Positions 17,897 to 27,800 of a DNA stretch of 56,246 bases are shown here, piece after piece; position 1 is the first letter of the stretch, and every line of letters begins with the position of its first letter. The notes beneath the pieces were generated by a model. It was given only the letters and a program-made list of their open reading frames with translations, ran no database searches and was not told the DNA's origin. This DNA comes from an uncultured Bacilli bacterium (GTDB lineage: Bacteria > Bacillota_I > Bacilli_A > RF39 > UBA660): assembly GCA_944358505.1 (NCBI GenBank), contig CALVRG010000020.1, positions 1-56,246 on the forward strand, given 5' to 3'. The position numbers and the translations under genes were made by a program.

Positions 17897-17941
17897 AAGA
17901 TTATTACTATATTATTCTAATAAAAGTAATAATCTTTTTTA
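17897..17941 (+). terminator. Stem-loop terminator after lon
   Basis: AAGATTATTAC (17897-17907) pairs with GTAATAATCTT (17926-17936), followed by TTTT. Confidence 0.6.
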
Positions 17942-17977
17942 ATTTTCATAAATTATAATTAAGGAAGGGAGATAATT

Positions 17978-18742
17978 ATGCGTCAAATAATAACTTTAGA
18001 AAAAGAGATTGCTTTTAAAACTATGGTAGGAGAAATTACTAGTATTTCTTTAGAACCTGAATTAGATTTTATTAATGACAGTGAAATTGAGGGAAATTTA
18101 TTAATTACTGGTACATATAAAATGACTGAAGCTAGCACAATAGAAGAAAATTTCAATTATAAAATTCCAGTTAACATTATGCTTACTACTTCTTTAGATG
18201 AAGAAAAAAGAAAAATAGATATTAACAACTTTACTTATCAAATTGTTAATGAAGAAGCTTTAGAAATTAAAGTAGAAGTTTTAATAGAAGGACTTGAGAA
18301 AATCGAAATCGATGATATCACAACGGAATCAGCCCTAGAAAATTTAGAAGTAAGAGAAAAAATAGAAGAACCTAAAGAAGAGATAGAAGTTTTAAAGACA
18401 GAAGAAGTAGAAAATACTTTACACAATTTAGAGGAAGTGAAAGAAAAAAAAGAAGCAGTAAATGAAATATTTACTGAAAAGGATGAGATAATGGAAAATA
18501 ATAATATAAAAGAAGATAATAGCAAAGAAGCGATCAGTTCAATATTTTCTGCTTTCGCTAATACAGCCGAAACATATGCTACCTATTCAATATATATTTT
18601 AAGAGAAGATGATAATTTAGAAGAAATAATAAGTAAATATAAAACTACAAGAGAAGCATTAAAAGAGTATAACGACTTAGAAAATTTAAAGATAGGTACA
18701 AAATTAATTATTCCTACATCAATAAATGAAGCAAGTGAATAA
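17978..18742 (+). CDS. spoVID: SpoVID-like spore coat morphogenetic protein (acidic middle region, C-terminal LysM)
   Basis: The N-terminus (LEKEIAFKTMVGEITSISLEPELDF) resembles the SpoVID N-domain. There is a Glu-rich centre and a C-terminal LysM (YSIYILREDDNLEEIISKYKTTREALKEYNDLENLKIGTKLIIP). It is followed by a CotS-like gene, as spoVID-ysxE is in B. subtilis. Confidence 0.55.
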   Translation: MRQIITLEKEIAFKTMVGEITSISLEPELDFINDSEIEGNLLITGTYKMTEASTIEENFNYKIPVNIMLTTSLDEEKRKIDINNFTYQIVNEEALEIKVEVLIEGLEKIEIDDITTESALENLEVREKIEEPKEEIEVLKTEEVENTLHNLEEVKEKKEAVNEIFTEKDEIMENNNIKEDNSKEAISSIFSAFANTAETYATYSIYILREDDNLEEIISKYKTTREALKEYNDLENLKIGTKLIIPTSINEASE

Positions 18743-19616
18743 TAAAAAAATAAAACAATATGGGTATTTAAAAAGCTTAAAAATACTAACTTATGATAAC
18801 GATGAAAAAATATTAATAAAAAAAAGAAAACAATATAATTTAGAAGAAATTTATAAATATTTAGACGATCATAATATTACTAATTATTTAAAGCCATTTA
18901 AAATTACATCTAAAGAATTATATTTTAATTATTTGAACAAGAAAAATTTAGAAAATGACGAAATAGCAAAGCATTTAATTTATATACTTAGTGATTTACA
19001 AAATAAAACAACAATATATAAAGAAATAGATAAAGATAAATTAAAAGAAGAGTATGATAACTTTAATAACAAAATTGTAAACTTACAACAATATTACTTC
19101 ACGCTTCAAGATGTAATAGAAAATAAAGTTTATATGAGTCCTTGTGAATATCTTTTTGTAAGAAATGTTTCTATAATCTATGAAACTTTAAATTTTTCCA
19201 AAAGTATAGTTAATAAATGGTATGAAATAATGAAAAACAAAAAAACTGAAAGATATGTATATTGCCATGGTAAATGTGAATTAAATCATTTCATTACATC
19301 AACAAATGATTATTTTATAAGTTTAGAGAATGCCCATTTAGGTAGAGTTACTGAAGATTTTATCTATTTCTATAAAAAAAATTATAATGATACAGATATG
19401 TTAAGTAATTTTAAACTTTATCAACATCGTTATCAATATAAAGAAGAAGAATATCTTTATTTACTAATAAACATTACTATCCCAGAGAAAATAGATATTT
19501 ATCCTTCGAGTTTAAAAAAATGTGTAGAGTTAACAAATTTTTTTGATAGATTAAAATTAAATAGCACTTTTATTCTAAAAAATGATGAAAAGAAGAAGCA
19601 TTATGAAAATAATTAA
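18726..19616 (+). CDS. CotS/YsxE-like (aminoglycoside-phosphotransferase-fold) spore coat protein
   Basis: Its position downstream of and overlapping the spoVID-like gene. YCHGKCELNHF and ENAHLGRVTEDF resemble the HGD..N / D.. catalytic blocks of the CotS family. Confidence 0.45.
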   Translation: MKQVNNKKIKQYGYLKSLKILTYDNDEKILIKKRKQYNLEEIYKYLDDHNITNYLKPFKITSKELYFNYLNKKNLENDEIAKHLIYILSDLQNKTTIYKEIDKDKLKEEYDNFNNKIVNLQQYYFTLQDVIENKVYMSPCEYLFVRNVSIIYETLNFSKSIVNKWYEIMKNKKTERYVYCHGKCELNHFITSTNDYFISLENAHLGRVTEDFIYFYKKNYNDTDMLSNFKLYQHRYQYKEEEYLYLLINITIPEKIDIYPSSLKKCVELTNFFDRLKLNSTFILKNDEKKKHYENN

Positions 19617-19796
19617 TTCAATTAATAGTAATAAAGCATGTATTCTAGTAACTAAAAATAAGAGTAATACAGCTTGATAACATATAATTACAACAAGAGC
19701 GAACAAAGAGACTAGATATAAAATACTAGTTCTTCTTTTTTGTTTGCAAAAATTACACCTGCAAAATGGACTGTGTTTATTACCTTTAAATTTCAT
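19575..19796 (-). CDS. Small hypothetical membrane protein (73 aa)
   Basis: RBS AGGTGA five nt before ATG 19796. MKFKGNKHSPFCRCNFCKQKRR followed by two hydrophobic helices. The 3' end overlaps the convergent CotS-like gene. Confidence 0.35.
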   Translation of the reverse strand: MKFKGNKHSPFCRCNFCKQKRRTSILYLVSLFALVVIICYQAVLLLFLVTRIHALLLLIELIIFIMLLLFIIF

Positions 19797-19896
19797 AATT
19801 ATCACCTATTTTAGTTTATGAAAAATATAAAAAAGTTGTTAAAAAATAGAATATAATGATAAAATATATATGGCGACAAAATAGGAAGTGAAAACA

Positions 19897-20802
19897 ATGA
19901 AAAAAATCGGCAATTTATTAAATAAAGAAGACATAATAAAGTTAAAAAGATATTATGGTGAAGCTTTAAGCAATCCAGAATTTAAAAAATATGTTGATAA
20001 TATTGATTTAAATGAGGATATATTAATTAAATACACATCAAGCATTGAAGATTGTGTTAAAGAATTGGAAAATTGTAATAGATGTCCAGGACTTAAAAGT
20101 TGTCCTAATATTTTAAAAGGACATATTTATACTGCTTTTAAAGATAATAATAATCTCAATTTTGGATACTTGCCATGTAATAAGTTTATCAAAGAAGAAA
20201 ATATTTCTGCCTACAAGAAAAATATTACTTGCTTTGATTTACCAAAAGAAATAAAAGATGCTTCTTTTGGTAACGCTTATAGAGACGATAATAAGAGACT
20301 ACCTATATTTAAATATTTCAAAGAATTTATGGATAATTATCTAAAAAACAAAACTGGCAAAGGTCTATATTTAAGTGGTTCTTTTGGTAGTGGTAAAACA
20401 TATTTGATTGCCGCACTATTTAATGATCTTGCAAAGAGAAACATAAACTCGGCATTAGTATATTATCCTGAATTGTTGAGAAGTTTAAAATCATCATTTG
20501 GGAGTGACTATGAAGATAAATTTGAATTTATTAAGAAAGTACCATTATTATTATTAGATGATATAGGAGCTGAAAATACTACCTCTTGGAGTAGGGATGA
20601 GGTTTTAGGACCAATATTACAATATAGAATGGAAGAAGATTTACCTACCTTTTTTACATCTAATTTAACTTTAGAAGAATTAGAAAAAGCCTTAAGTATT
20701 ACTAATAGTGGAATAGAGAAAGTAAAAGCTAAAAGAATAATAGAAAGAATAAAACAATTAACTATTTCTATAGAATTAATTAGCAAAAATAGAAGAAATT
20801 AG
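19897..20802 (+). CDS. dnaI: Primosomal helicase loader DnaI
   Basis: N-terminal Cys-rich DnaI_N (CNRCPGLKSCPN ... C), AAA+ Walker A GSFGSGKTYL, Walker B LLLDDIGAE. Confidence 0.8.
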   Translation: MKKIGNLLNKEDIIKLKRYYGEALSNPEFKKYVDNIDLNEDILIKYTSSIEDCVKELENCNRCPGLKSCPNILKGHIYTAFKDNNNLNFGYLPCNKFIKEENISAYKKNITCFDLPKEIKDASFGNAYRDDNKRLPIFKYFKEFMDNYLKNKTGKGLYLSGSFGSGKTYLIAALFNDLAKRNINSALVYYPELLRSLKSSFGSDYEDKFEFIKKVPLLLLDDIGAENTTSWSRDEVLGPILQYRMEEDLPTFFTSNLTLEELEKALSITNSGIEKVKAKRIIERIKQLTISIELISKNRRN

Positions 20803-20806
20803 TTTT

Positions 20807-20827
20807 AAAGAGTTTAAACTCTTTTTT
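20807..20827 (+). terminator. Rho-independent terminator after dnaI
   Basis: AAAGAGTTT/AAACTCTTT palindrome followed by T-run. Confidence 0.75.
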
Positions 20828-21032
20828 ATTTTCCATAATTTCCCATAATTTTTAAATAATTATTACACTTTTTATTGATATGATTAATGTGTAAAAGAAA
20901 GGAAGTGATAAATAATTAAAGAAAGATAAATAAAAAAAACAACTATAGTTTTTACATAAATGAAAGGAGAGTGGTAGCCTAAACTATAGGCAAATAATAA
21001 AATAAATGTTATACTAGGAATAGGTGGTATCT

Positions 21033-21695
21033 ATGTATAAAGTATGTTTAGTAGAAGATGAAACTGATTTAGCAACAGTTGTAAAAATGTATTTAGAAAA
21101 AGCGGGATACGAGGTTGTTACCTTTGCAAAAGGAAGCGATGCTATTTCCTATATTGGTAATAAAGTCGATGTCTGGATATTAGATATAATGTTAGGAGAT
21201 GATGTTAATGGCTATGATGTAATCAAAGCAATTCGTGAAAAATATCCTATGGTTCCAGTTTTATTCACATCAGCGAGGGATCAGGATTTGGATCGAATTT
21301 TAGGCCTTGAGTTAGGAAGCGATGATTACATTACTAAACCTTATTCTAGTAAAGAACTTGTATTAAGAATCAACAATATTATAAAACGTGTATATCAAAG
21401 TAGTGAAACAAAAATTATTAAATATCTTAACTATTCTATAGATATTGATAAAAGAGTAGTTACTATTAATGAAAAAGAAATCAAACTTACTACTTTAGAA
21501 TTTGATTTATTAGTATTGTTAGTACAAAATATAAATAAAAGCTTTTCAAGAGATGACATTTTATCAGCAATATGGGGAAATGATTACTTCGGAAGCGACA
21601 GAGCTGTTGATGATTTAGTTAGAAGGCTTAGAAAGAAAATGCCTTTATTAAATGTCAATACTATATATGGATATGGTTATAGATTATCAGCATGA
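21033..21695 (+). CDS. OmpR-family response regulator
   Basis: Receiver domain (LVEDE ... ILDIMLGD ... TSA ... KP) plus a winged-helix C-terminus (LT..EF.LL ... GYGYRL). Confidence 0.9.
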   Translation: MYKVCLVEDETDLATVVKMYLEKAGYEVVTFAKGSDAISYIGNKVDVWILDIMLGDDVNGYDVIKAIREKYPMVPVLFTSARDQDLDRILGLELGSDDYITKPYSSKELVLRINNIIKRVYQSSETKIIKYLNYSIDIDKRVVTINEKEIKLTTLEFDLLVLLVQNINKSFSRDDILSAIWGNDYFGSDRAVDDLVRRLRKKMPLLNVNTIYGYGYRLSA

Positions 21696-22966
21696 AATAT
21701 TTTAATAAATTATCTCACCAATTAATACTATTAATAATAATTGTATTTCTAGCCTTCTTTATAACTTTAGGAATCATTTTACCTCAAGTCATTGTTCCTA
21801 CTGCTGAAAGTAATATATATAGTTATCTAAGAGAACCTCTTGAATTTGTTCAATCTGATATAAATGAAGATTTAGTTACAACAGAAATAGCTTATCTTTA
21901 TAAGATAGGTGATACAGTTGCTTATTCAGATAATATACATGATATTATAGATTTTAAAAATGTTAGTGATATCATGAATGTTTTTACTGAAAATTACGGA
22001 AAATTTATATATAAAAACCAAATTTATTATTATTATACACTCCATAATGATAATGTTACAAAAATAGCTCTTACCAATGATACTTATATAGAAAAAACTA
22101 AACAAGATATACTTGATGCCATTATACCTGTTGTTATATTAGCTTTTCTTATTATTGCTCTCATATTAATAATTTGGGGAAGTTTTATTGTTAGAAAGAT
22201 AGAAAAGCTTAAGCAAAAAATAGATAATATCGATAATGATGATTATGATCATAGTATTTCTTTCGAAATTGATGATGAAATACGTTCATTAGAAATAGCA
22301 ATTGAAGATATGCGTATCTCTTTAAAAAGTCAAGAAGAGTATCGCAGCCAAATGTATCAAAATATTTCACATGATTTTAAAACACCTCTTGCCGTAATAA
22401 AATCATATATAGAAGCTTACAATGATAAAATAGAAGATGTTAATACTGTAATGGATGTTATTAATAATCAAATTGATAAGCTGGAAAAGAAAGTTCATTC
22501 ACTTCTTTATTTAAATAAATTAGATTACTTAAAAAATAATAAAAATGTAGAATACGAATTAGTTGATATAAAGAAAATAATAAACACTGCAATTAAAGAA
22601 TTTAAATTTCGAAGAAAAGATGTTAAATTTATAGTTAGCTTCGATAAAAATAGTAAGTTTTATGGTACTTATGATTACTTTGAAACTATTATAGATAATA
22701 TACTTGCTAATTTTATGCGATATACAAATTCTACAATTAAAATAGTTGTTAAGAATAACCGTTTAACCTTATATAACGATGGTCCAAATATTGATGATAC
22801 TCTCCTTGAAGGAATCTTTACTCCGTTCCGAAAAGGGATAAAAGGTGAATTTGGTTTAGGACTATCAATAGTGAAAAAAACACTTTTACTAATGAACTAC
22901 GATATTATTATAAAAAACGAAAAAAAAGGCGTTTCCTTTATTATAAGTAAAAAGGCTTCTAAATAA
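21692..22966 (+). CDS. Sensor histidine kinase (two TM, HisKA + HATPase_c)
   Basis: ATGA overlap with the regulator gene. H-box ISHDFKTPLAVIKSY, N-box ILANFMRY, G-boxes LYNDGP and GEFGLGLSIV. Confidence 0.9.
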   Translation: MKYFNKLSHQLILLIIIVFLAFFITLGIILPQVIVPTAESNIYSYLREPLEFVQSDINEDLVTTEIAYLYKIGDTVAYSDNIHDIIDFKNVSDIMNVFTENYGKFIYKNQIYYYYTLHNDNVTKIALTNDTYIEKTKQDILDAIIPVVILAFLIIALILIIWGSFIVRKIEKLKQKIDNIDNDDYDHSISFEIDDEIRSLEIAIEDMRISLKSQEEYRSQMYQNISHDFKTPLAVIKSYIEAYNDKIEDVNTVMDVINNQIDKLEKKVHSLLYLNKLDYLKNNKNVEYELVDIKKIINTAIKEFKFRRKDVKFIVSFDKNSKFYGTYDYFETIIDNILANFMRYTNSTIKIVVKNNRLTLYNDGPNIDDTLLEGIFTPFRKGIKGEFGLGLSIVKKTLLLMNYDIIIKNEKKGVSFIISKKASK

Positions 22967-22979
22967 TGAAGCCTTTTTT
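22950..22979 (+). terminator. Rho-independent terminator after the kinase gene
   Basis: AAGGCTTC (22952-22959) pairs with GAAGCCTT (22968-22975), then T-run. Confidence 0.75.
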
Positions 22980-23010
22980 GGTTATAATAATAGCGGTGAT
23001 TATATAATTT

Positions 23011-23796
23011 ATGAATATTTTAATAACTGGAGCTAGAAGTAATATAGGGTATAATATAGCTAAGAACTTATCCTTAAAAGGACATATTGTTTATGCTGGA
23101 TGTAAGACCATAAAAGAAAAAGAAATGTTAGAAAATAGAATAAAAGATGAAAAAGTTATTATGTTTCCAATCGTTTTAAATCTTTTAGATAATAATTTTA
23201 ACTTCATTAATAATTTTTCTTTAGACGCAATAATATTACATGCATCTATTGGTAATGGGGGTAGTTTAATAGAATTATCTGAAAAAAGATTTAATGAAGT
23301 AATAGATGTTAATATAAAGGGCAATTTTAAGCTATTACAAGAATATTTACATTATTGTTATTATAATAATAAGAAAGGTAAAGTTTTTATTACTTCAAGC
23401 TTAGCAGCATATTATACCATACCATATCTAGGAAGCTATACAGCATCTAAAGCATATTTGATTAATATTGCTAAAACATTAAGATTAGAGCTTTTATATC
23501 AAAAAATAGATATAAGTGTATCATTGATCTTACCAGGTGCATATCATACCGGTTTTAATGATGTAATAATAGAGAATAAAGAAAAAGATAATTACATATT
23601 AAATTTAAAAGCTAAAAAAATGACAAAATATCAAAAAATATTATTTAGTTTAATAGAGCAAATAGAATATCATGATTTAATAAATGATATTATAAAAGAA
23701 ATAGAAAGTAATAGACCTAAATTTATTATTAGCAGGCCATATTTACAACGATTATTTACAAAGATATATATAATATTCAAAGCTTTTATAGTATAA
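23011..23796 (+). CDS. Short-chain dehydrogenase/reductase
   Basis: ILITGARSNIGYNIA (TGxxxxxG), NIKG, S...YTASK (YxxxK), LPGAY. Confidence 0.8.
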   Translation: MNILITGARSNIGYNIAKNLSLKGHIVYAGCKTIKEKEMLENRIKDEKVIMFPIVLNLLDNNFNFINNFSLDAIILHASIGNGGSLIELSEKRFNEVIDVNIKGNFKLLQEYLHYCYYNNKKGKVFITSSLAAYYTIPYLGSYTASKAYLINIAKTLRLELLYQKIDISVSLILPGAYHTGFNDVIIENKEKDNYILNLKAKKMTKYQKILFSLIEQIEYHDLINDIIKEIESNRPKFIISRPYLQRLFTKIYIIFKAFIV

Positions 23797-23814
23797 TATT
23801 ATAAGGTGATTTAA

Positions 23815-24723
23815 ATGGAAGAAGTAGATATAAAAGAATATTTAAATAACATAAGAGAAAAAAACAAAGATAATAGTGTTAAATACGATAAATTAATTGC
23901 TAATATTCCTTATATTACTAATAAAAAAGATTTAAAAAAATTAAAAGAGATTTTAGATGAATTAAAAAATGAAAATAAAGATTTTTATGACTATATTATT
24001 CACTTTCTAAAGACTACTAACGATTTAGAAGAAATATTTTTATTATATAAAGAATATAAAGATTCTAAAAATAGAGAAGAAATATTAGAACAAGAAATAC
24101 ATAATAAAGATTTGGAATTGACAAAATTAAAAAAGACAGTGGAAGAAACTAATTATGATATTTCAGTCTTTGATAAGGAAGTAAATAATTTAAAAAGTAA
24201 TGGGGAAATATTAGATGATTTAGAAAAAACTGTTAGTATAAATATGGATAGCCTATTTAATAAAATAGAAAAAGAAGAATCACAAAAATTAAGTTTTGGT
24301 ATGAAAGCATTATTAGCTTTATCTTCGTTTTTAGCTTTTAAAAATAACAAAAACATATTAGGTACTTTACTTACTTCATACCTTTCATATAAAGTAATAG
24401 AAGAGTTAATTTCTTCTAAAAAAAATAAATACCTTGATTTATGTAATGATTATATAAATATATTAGAAAAATATATGGATGATACTTTAAATATAGAAAA
24501 AGAATTACTTAAGAATCTAGACAACATAGATGAGCTAGAAAGTGAATTAAAAACTAAATATAAAGAATACTTAGATGAAGCAGAATTTAAAAATATTTTC
24601 AAAATGATATCTAATATAAAGAGTATTGTTAATAGGAGTTTAGATGATATAGATAAAACAAAAAATCACATTGATAAAAATATTGATAATGGTAAAATTA
24701 AAATAAAAGAGTTGGAAGCGTAA
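23815..24723 (+). CDS. Hypothetical coiled-coil protein with a central hydrophobic hairpin
   Basis: Lys/Glu/Asn-rich heptad-like sequence on both sides of FGMKALLALSSFLAF...ILGTLLTSYLSY. No recognisable family. Confidence 0.5.
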   Translation: MEEVDIKEYLNNIREKNKDNSVKYDKLIANIPYITNKKDLKKLKEILDELKNENKDFYDYIIHFLKTTNDLEEIFLLYKEYKDSKNREEILEQEIHNKDLELTKLKKTVEETNYDISVFDKEVNNLKSNGEILDDLEKTVSINMDSLFNKIEKEESQKLSFGMKALLALSSFLAFKNNKNILGTLLTSYLSYKVIEELISSKKNKYLDLCNDYINILEKYMDDTLNIEKELLKNLDNIDELESELKTKYKEYLDEAEFKNIFKMISNIKSIVNRSLDDIDKTKNHIDKNIDNGKIKIKELEA

Positions 24724-24795
24724 TGCAAATAACAAAAAGTAATAATATTATTATCAAACGCATATTTAAGTTTAAGAGTTGAAAAAGGTGATTGG

Positions 24796-25521
24796 ATGAA
24801 TATATTTTGTCATAGAGGATTATTTGATAATAAAAAAGTAGTAGAAAATACGCTTAATGCTTTTAAGCAATCAATAAGGTTAAAACTTGGAATTGAATTT
24901 GATATTAGAATAACTAAAGATAAAAGATTAGTAGTTTTTCATGATAAAAGTTTAAAACGACTTGCAGGTATCAATAAGTTAGTCAAGGATTGTACATATA
25001 ACGAATTATGTAATTATAATTTGTTAAATACTGATTTAAAGATTCCTTTACTTTCTGATGTATTAAAATTAATAGATGGTAGAGTCCCTATATTAATTGA
25101 AATTAAAGATAATCTTTCTCCATTGGTATTGCAAAAATTTAACAGATTACTACTTGATTACAATGGAAAAGTATTACTTCAAAGTTTTAATTTTTTATTA
25201 ATCAAAAAAATCAGTTTATCAAGTTTAAAGAGATATGAAATTGGTATCTTGTTAACTAACAATTATAAAGGATTAAAACAAAAAATATATGAATTTTATA
25301 TTTATGAATATCTCATTAAAAGAAAATATTGTAAATTTATTTCAAGTCCTAAAGAATTGGCGATTAAGATTAAGGATAAGTCTAGTAAACCACTATTTAT
25401 TTGGACTATAAAAACAAAAGAGGAATTCATTGAATATAAAAAATATAGTAACAATTTAATTTGTGAAGAAAATAGTATTCAAAACAATAACTATATCAGT
25501 AACAAAAATGAGAGGAATTAA
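24796..25521 (+). CDS. Glycerophosphodiester phosphodiesterase family protein
   Basis: CHRG...ENT (HRG/ENT catalytic motif), IEFDIR, VFHD, ILIEIK. Confidence 0.8.
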   Translation: MNIFCHRGLFDNKKVVENTLNAFKQSIRLKLGIEFDIRITKDKRLVVFHDKSLKRLAGINKLVKDCTYNELCNYNLLNTDLKIPLLSDVLKLIDGRVPILIEIKDNLSPLVLQKFNRLLLDYNGKVLLQSFNFLLIKKISLSSLKRYEIGILLTNNYKGLKQKIYEFYIYEYLIKRKYCKFISSPKELAIKIKDKSSKPLFIWTIKTKEEFIEYKKYSNNLICEENSIQNNNYISNKNERN

Positions 25522-25526
25522 TTATT

Positions 25527-25822
25527 ATGAAATATGAAATGAAATTACAATTAGACTTTTTGATAAAAAGAGGCAGCAAATTAAGATAGGTGATACTATA
25601 ATTTTTTTTAAAGAACCACAGTTAAATAAAAGTTTTGAAACAAAAGTTGTAGGACTATTAAGATATAATTCTTTTGAAGATATGTCTAAAGATTTTGATA
25701 TTTCAATTTTATCAGACAAGTCAATGACTAAAAATGAACTAATTAATGTACTTGAACAATTCTACTCTAAAGAAAAACAAAAACAATATGGTGTTTTAGG
25801 AATCAGAGTAGAATTAATATAA
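25527..25822 (+). pseudogene. ASCH-domain gene with an internal out-of-frame deletion
   Basis: ATG 25527 reads MKYEMKLQLDFLIKRGSKLR*. The +2 frame continues IRLFDKKRQQIKIGDTIIFFKEPQLNKSFETKVVGLLRYNSFEDMSKDF...YGVLGIRVELI* (stop 25820-25822), an ASCH-type sequence missing about 15 residues after the N-terminal MKYEMKLQ. Confidence 0.6.
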
Positions 25823-26107
25823 AAGGTGATTATAATTTTGTAATCATCTTTATTTTGTATGTATATTCTTTAATAAAACTTTTATTTCAAAATTAAAAAT
25901 TTGAACAAATTATATTTTAACAAGATATAGGATTTGAACTTCTAAGCTTTACAGCATAAAAAGAACTTTATCAATCAATATATAAAAAAATAACAAAATG
26001 CTTTGTTATTAAGTTTTTTTAATTTTAGGTAATTTTGATTAAAAATGATTAAATTAAAATACAATCAAAGATTTTATATGGACGTTAGCGTGATAAATTA
26101 TAATTTG

Positions 26108-26661
26108 TTAATATCTATCTTTATATTTTTGTTTTGCTAAATTAACTATTTCATTAATAAAGTCTTTCTTACCATCAGTATATAAATCTCTATTAGGTTT
26201 ATACTTATTAAATAACTCTAATTTTAATTTTTCATATTCTTTTGCTTTAAGATGATTTTCATTAAGATAATCTCTAAAGTATAATTCATCACAATCTCCA
26301 TATTTTTTTATATGAATATGAAATACTTTATTTGCATAACCATTTATTGTATATCCTTTATTAAAGGATATTTTATTTACATTGTCATTCATTAAAATAT
26401 AATTATTATTAAGTAATATTTCTTTTATAATATTTTTATTATCAAAATTTATTTCTATTAAAATATCAATAATTGGTTTTGTTTTTATATTTGCAATTGA
26501 AGTGCTCCCAATATGACTTATTCTAATTATATAATTGCCCAACAAAGATTTTAATTTTTTTCTTCATCTAAATAAACATTTTTTAAATTCTCAGTATTAT
26601 CTATAAATATTATTGGAAACAAGTCCCATAACTTTTCTAAACTCATATCTTTTAATTCCAT
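26108..26661 (-). pseudogene. GrpB-family (UPF0157) gene interrupted by a frameshift in an A7 tract
   Basis: RBS GAGGTGA plus ATG 26661 gives MELKDMSLEKLWDLFPIIFIDNTENLKNVYLDEEKN*. One more A in the run at 26555-26561 joins it to ...KKLKSLLGNYIIRISHIGSTSI...KPIIDILIE..., the GrpB nucleotidyltransferase-fold core. Confidence 0.7.
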
Positions 26662-26899
26662 AACCTTCACCTCAACAAATAGCAATTTGTTAATTATTTA
26701 TCTATTTTTGCTGTATCTATTTTAACATACCAATCTTGATAAGAAAAACACCAATTATCTCTATTCTTTCTTCGATAAAGATATTATTACATAGTTCTAT
26801 TTTTCATATAATATCACAATTTCAGATTGCTATTTGCTGTTTAAATTATCTTTTTTTAAATAAAAAACTAGGTATAATACCTAGTAGAACAATCAAAAA

Positions 26900-26976
26900 T
26901 GGTAGCGAGAGGGGGATTCGAACCCTCGACCTTTCGGGTATGAACCGAGCGCTCTAGCCAACTGAGCTATCTCGCC
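26900..26976 (-). tRNA. tRNA with CAU anticodon (elongator Met, or Ile2 if lysidinylated); CCA encoded
   Basis: GGCGAGATAGCTCAGTTGGCTAGAGCGCTCGGTTCATACCCGAAAGGTCGAGGGTTCGAATCCCCCTCTCGCTACCA folds as a cloverleaf with anticodon loop TTCATAC. C27-A43 and A50-C64 mismatches noted. Confidence 0.8.
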
Positions 26977-27040
26977 AAAACCAACAAAATAATAATAACA
27001 TGAAAAAAGATATTTGGCAATATCTTTTTTCTAATTATAT

Positions 27041-27763
27041 CTATTTTTTCAGACTATAAACATAATCAATTGGTTTTTTATAACCACCAAGTCTTTTTGA
27101 TAAAACTTTCATAGCTTTATCAGGATTATTTGTTATAGGAAATAACTTATTACTAACAACATATTCATATAAATTGTTGTTAGTAAAAAAATCACTATAA
27201 TTATTTCTTAAATCAGTTTCAATTAATCTATTAAATAATCCCATTATATTATTAATATTTAATTTCAATATTTCCTTTTTATTTAACTTATAGAAATACC
27301 ACCAATCAGGATCTATTAAAACTATATGCTTATCTGTAAAAATAAGATTTTCTCTTTTTAAGTCACGAATGCGTATTTCATAATTACTTATTTCTTTTAA
27401 TAGAGAAAATATTCCTTCCATATTTGTTAATAAGTATTCAGTTGGTCTTTCCAAAAGTGACTCATATGTTTCTATGTAATATTTTAGTATATAGGCATCT
27501 GCAACATTTCTTTTTTCTTTATCTTTAAATAATAACTCTTTAATATCAACTAAATTGGGGCTATTTATTTGACTTAAGACTTTATAAATATCAGTGCCAA
27601 GAAAATAGACTTCATTCTGAATATTTCGATCGTAACGTTTAAAACACAAGCTATCAGTATATCTATAAATAGTACCACATTCACCATGGCAAGCATTTAT
27701 TTTTTTATTCACAATATTATCAGGTATAATAATTTCTTTGCCATCATTAGTATAATATTTCAT
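27041..27763 (-). CDS. Small atypical protein-kinase-like protein (240 aa)
   Basis: Gly-rich loop-like HGECGTIY, CFKRY (candidate VAIK Lys), catalytic-loop-like IRDLKRENLIF (HRDLKxxN with His->Ile), and VLIDPD in the DFG position. Confidence 0.5.
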   Translation of the reverse strand: MKYYTNDGKEIIIPDNIVNKKINACHGECGTIYRYTDSLCFKRYDRNIQNEVYFLGTDIYKVLSQINSPNLVDIKELLFKDKEKRNVADAYILKYYIETYESLLERPTEYLLTNMEGIFSLLKEISNYEIRIRDLKRENLIFTDKHIVLIDPDWWYFYKLNKKEILKLNINNIMGLFNRLIETDLRNNYSDFFTNNNLYEYVVSNKLFPITNNPDKAMKVLSKRLGGYKKPIDYVYSLKK

Positions 27764-27800
27764 TTAAATCACTGCGCCTCACTTTTAAACATAGCTTAAA

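Noticed and set aside
20930-20995. 9-bp inverted repeat CTATAGTTT/AAACTATAG enclosing a 5-codon mini-ORF (MKGEW*) upstream of the response regulator gene
   Set aside because: The arms are short in AT-rich DNA and the mini-ORF has no supporting context. It could be a regulatory site, but the evidence is too thin to report.
25925-25975. GGATTTGAAC, resembling the complement of a tRNA T-arm, in the gene-free stretch after the ASCH pseudogene
   Set aside because: The flanking bases do not form a T-stem or an acceptor stem. There is no cloverleaf, so it was not called as a tRNA fragment or att site.
26736-26957. 73-aa plus-strand ORF overlapping tRNA-Met
   Set aside because: It runs through the terminator and the tRNA gene on the opposite strand, has no RBS and uses a TTG start. 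Spurious.
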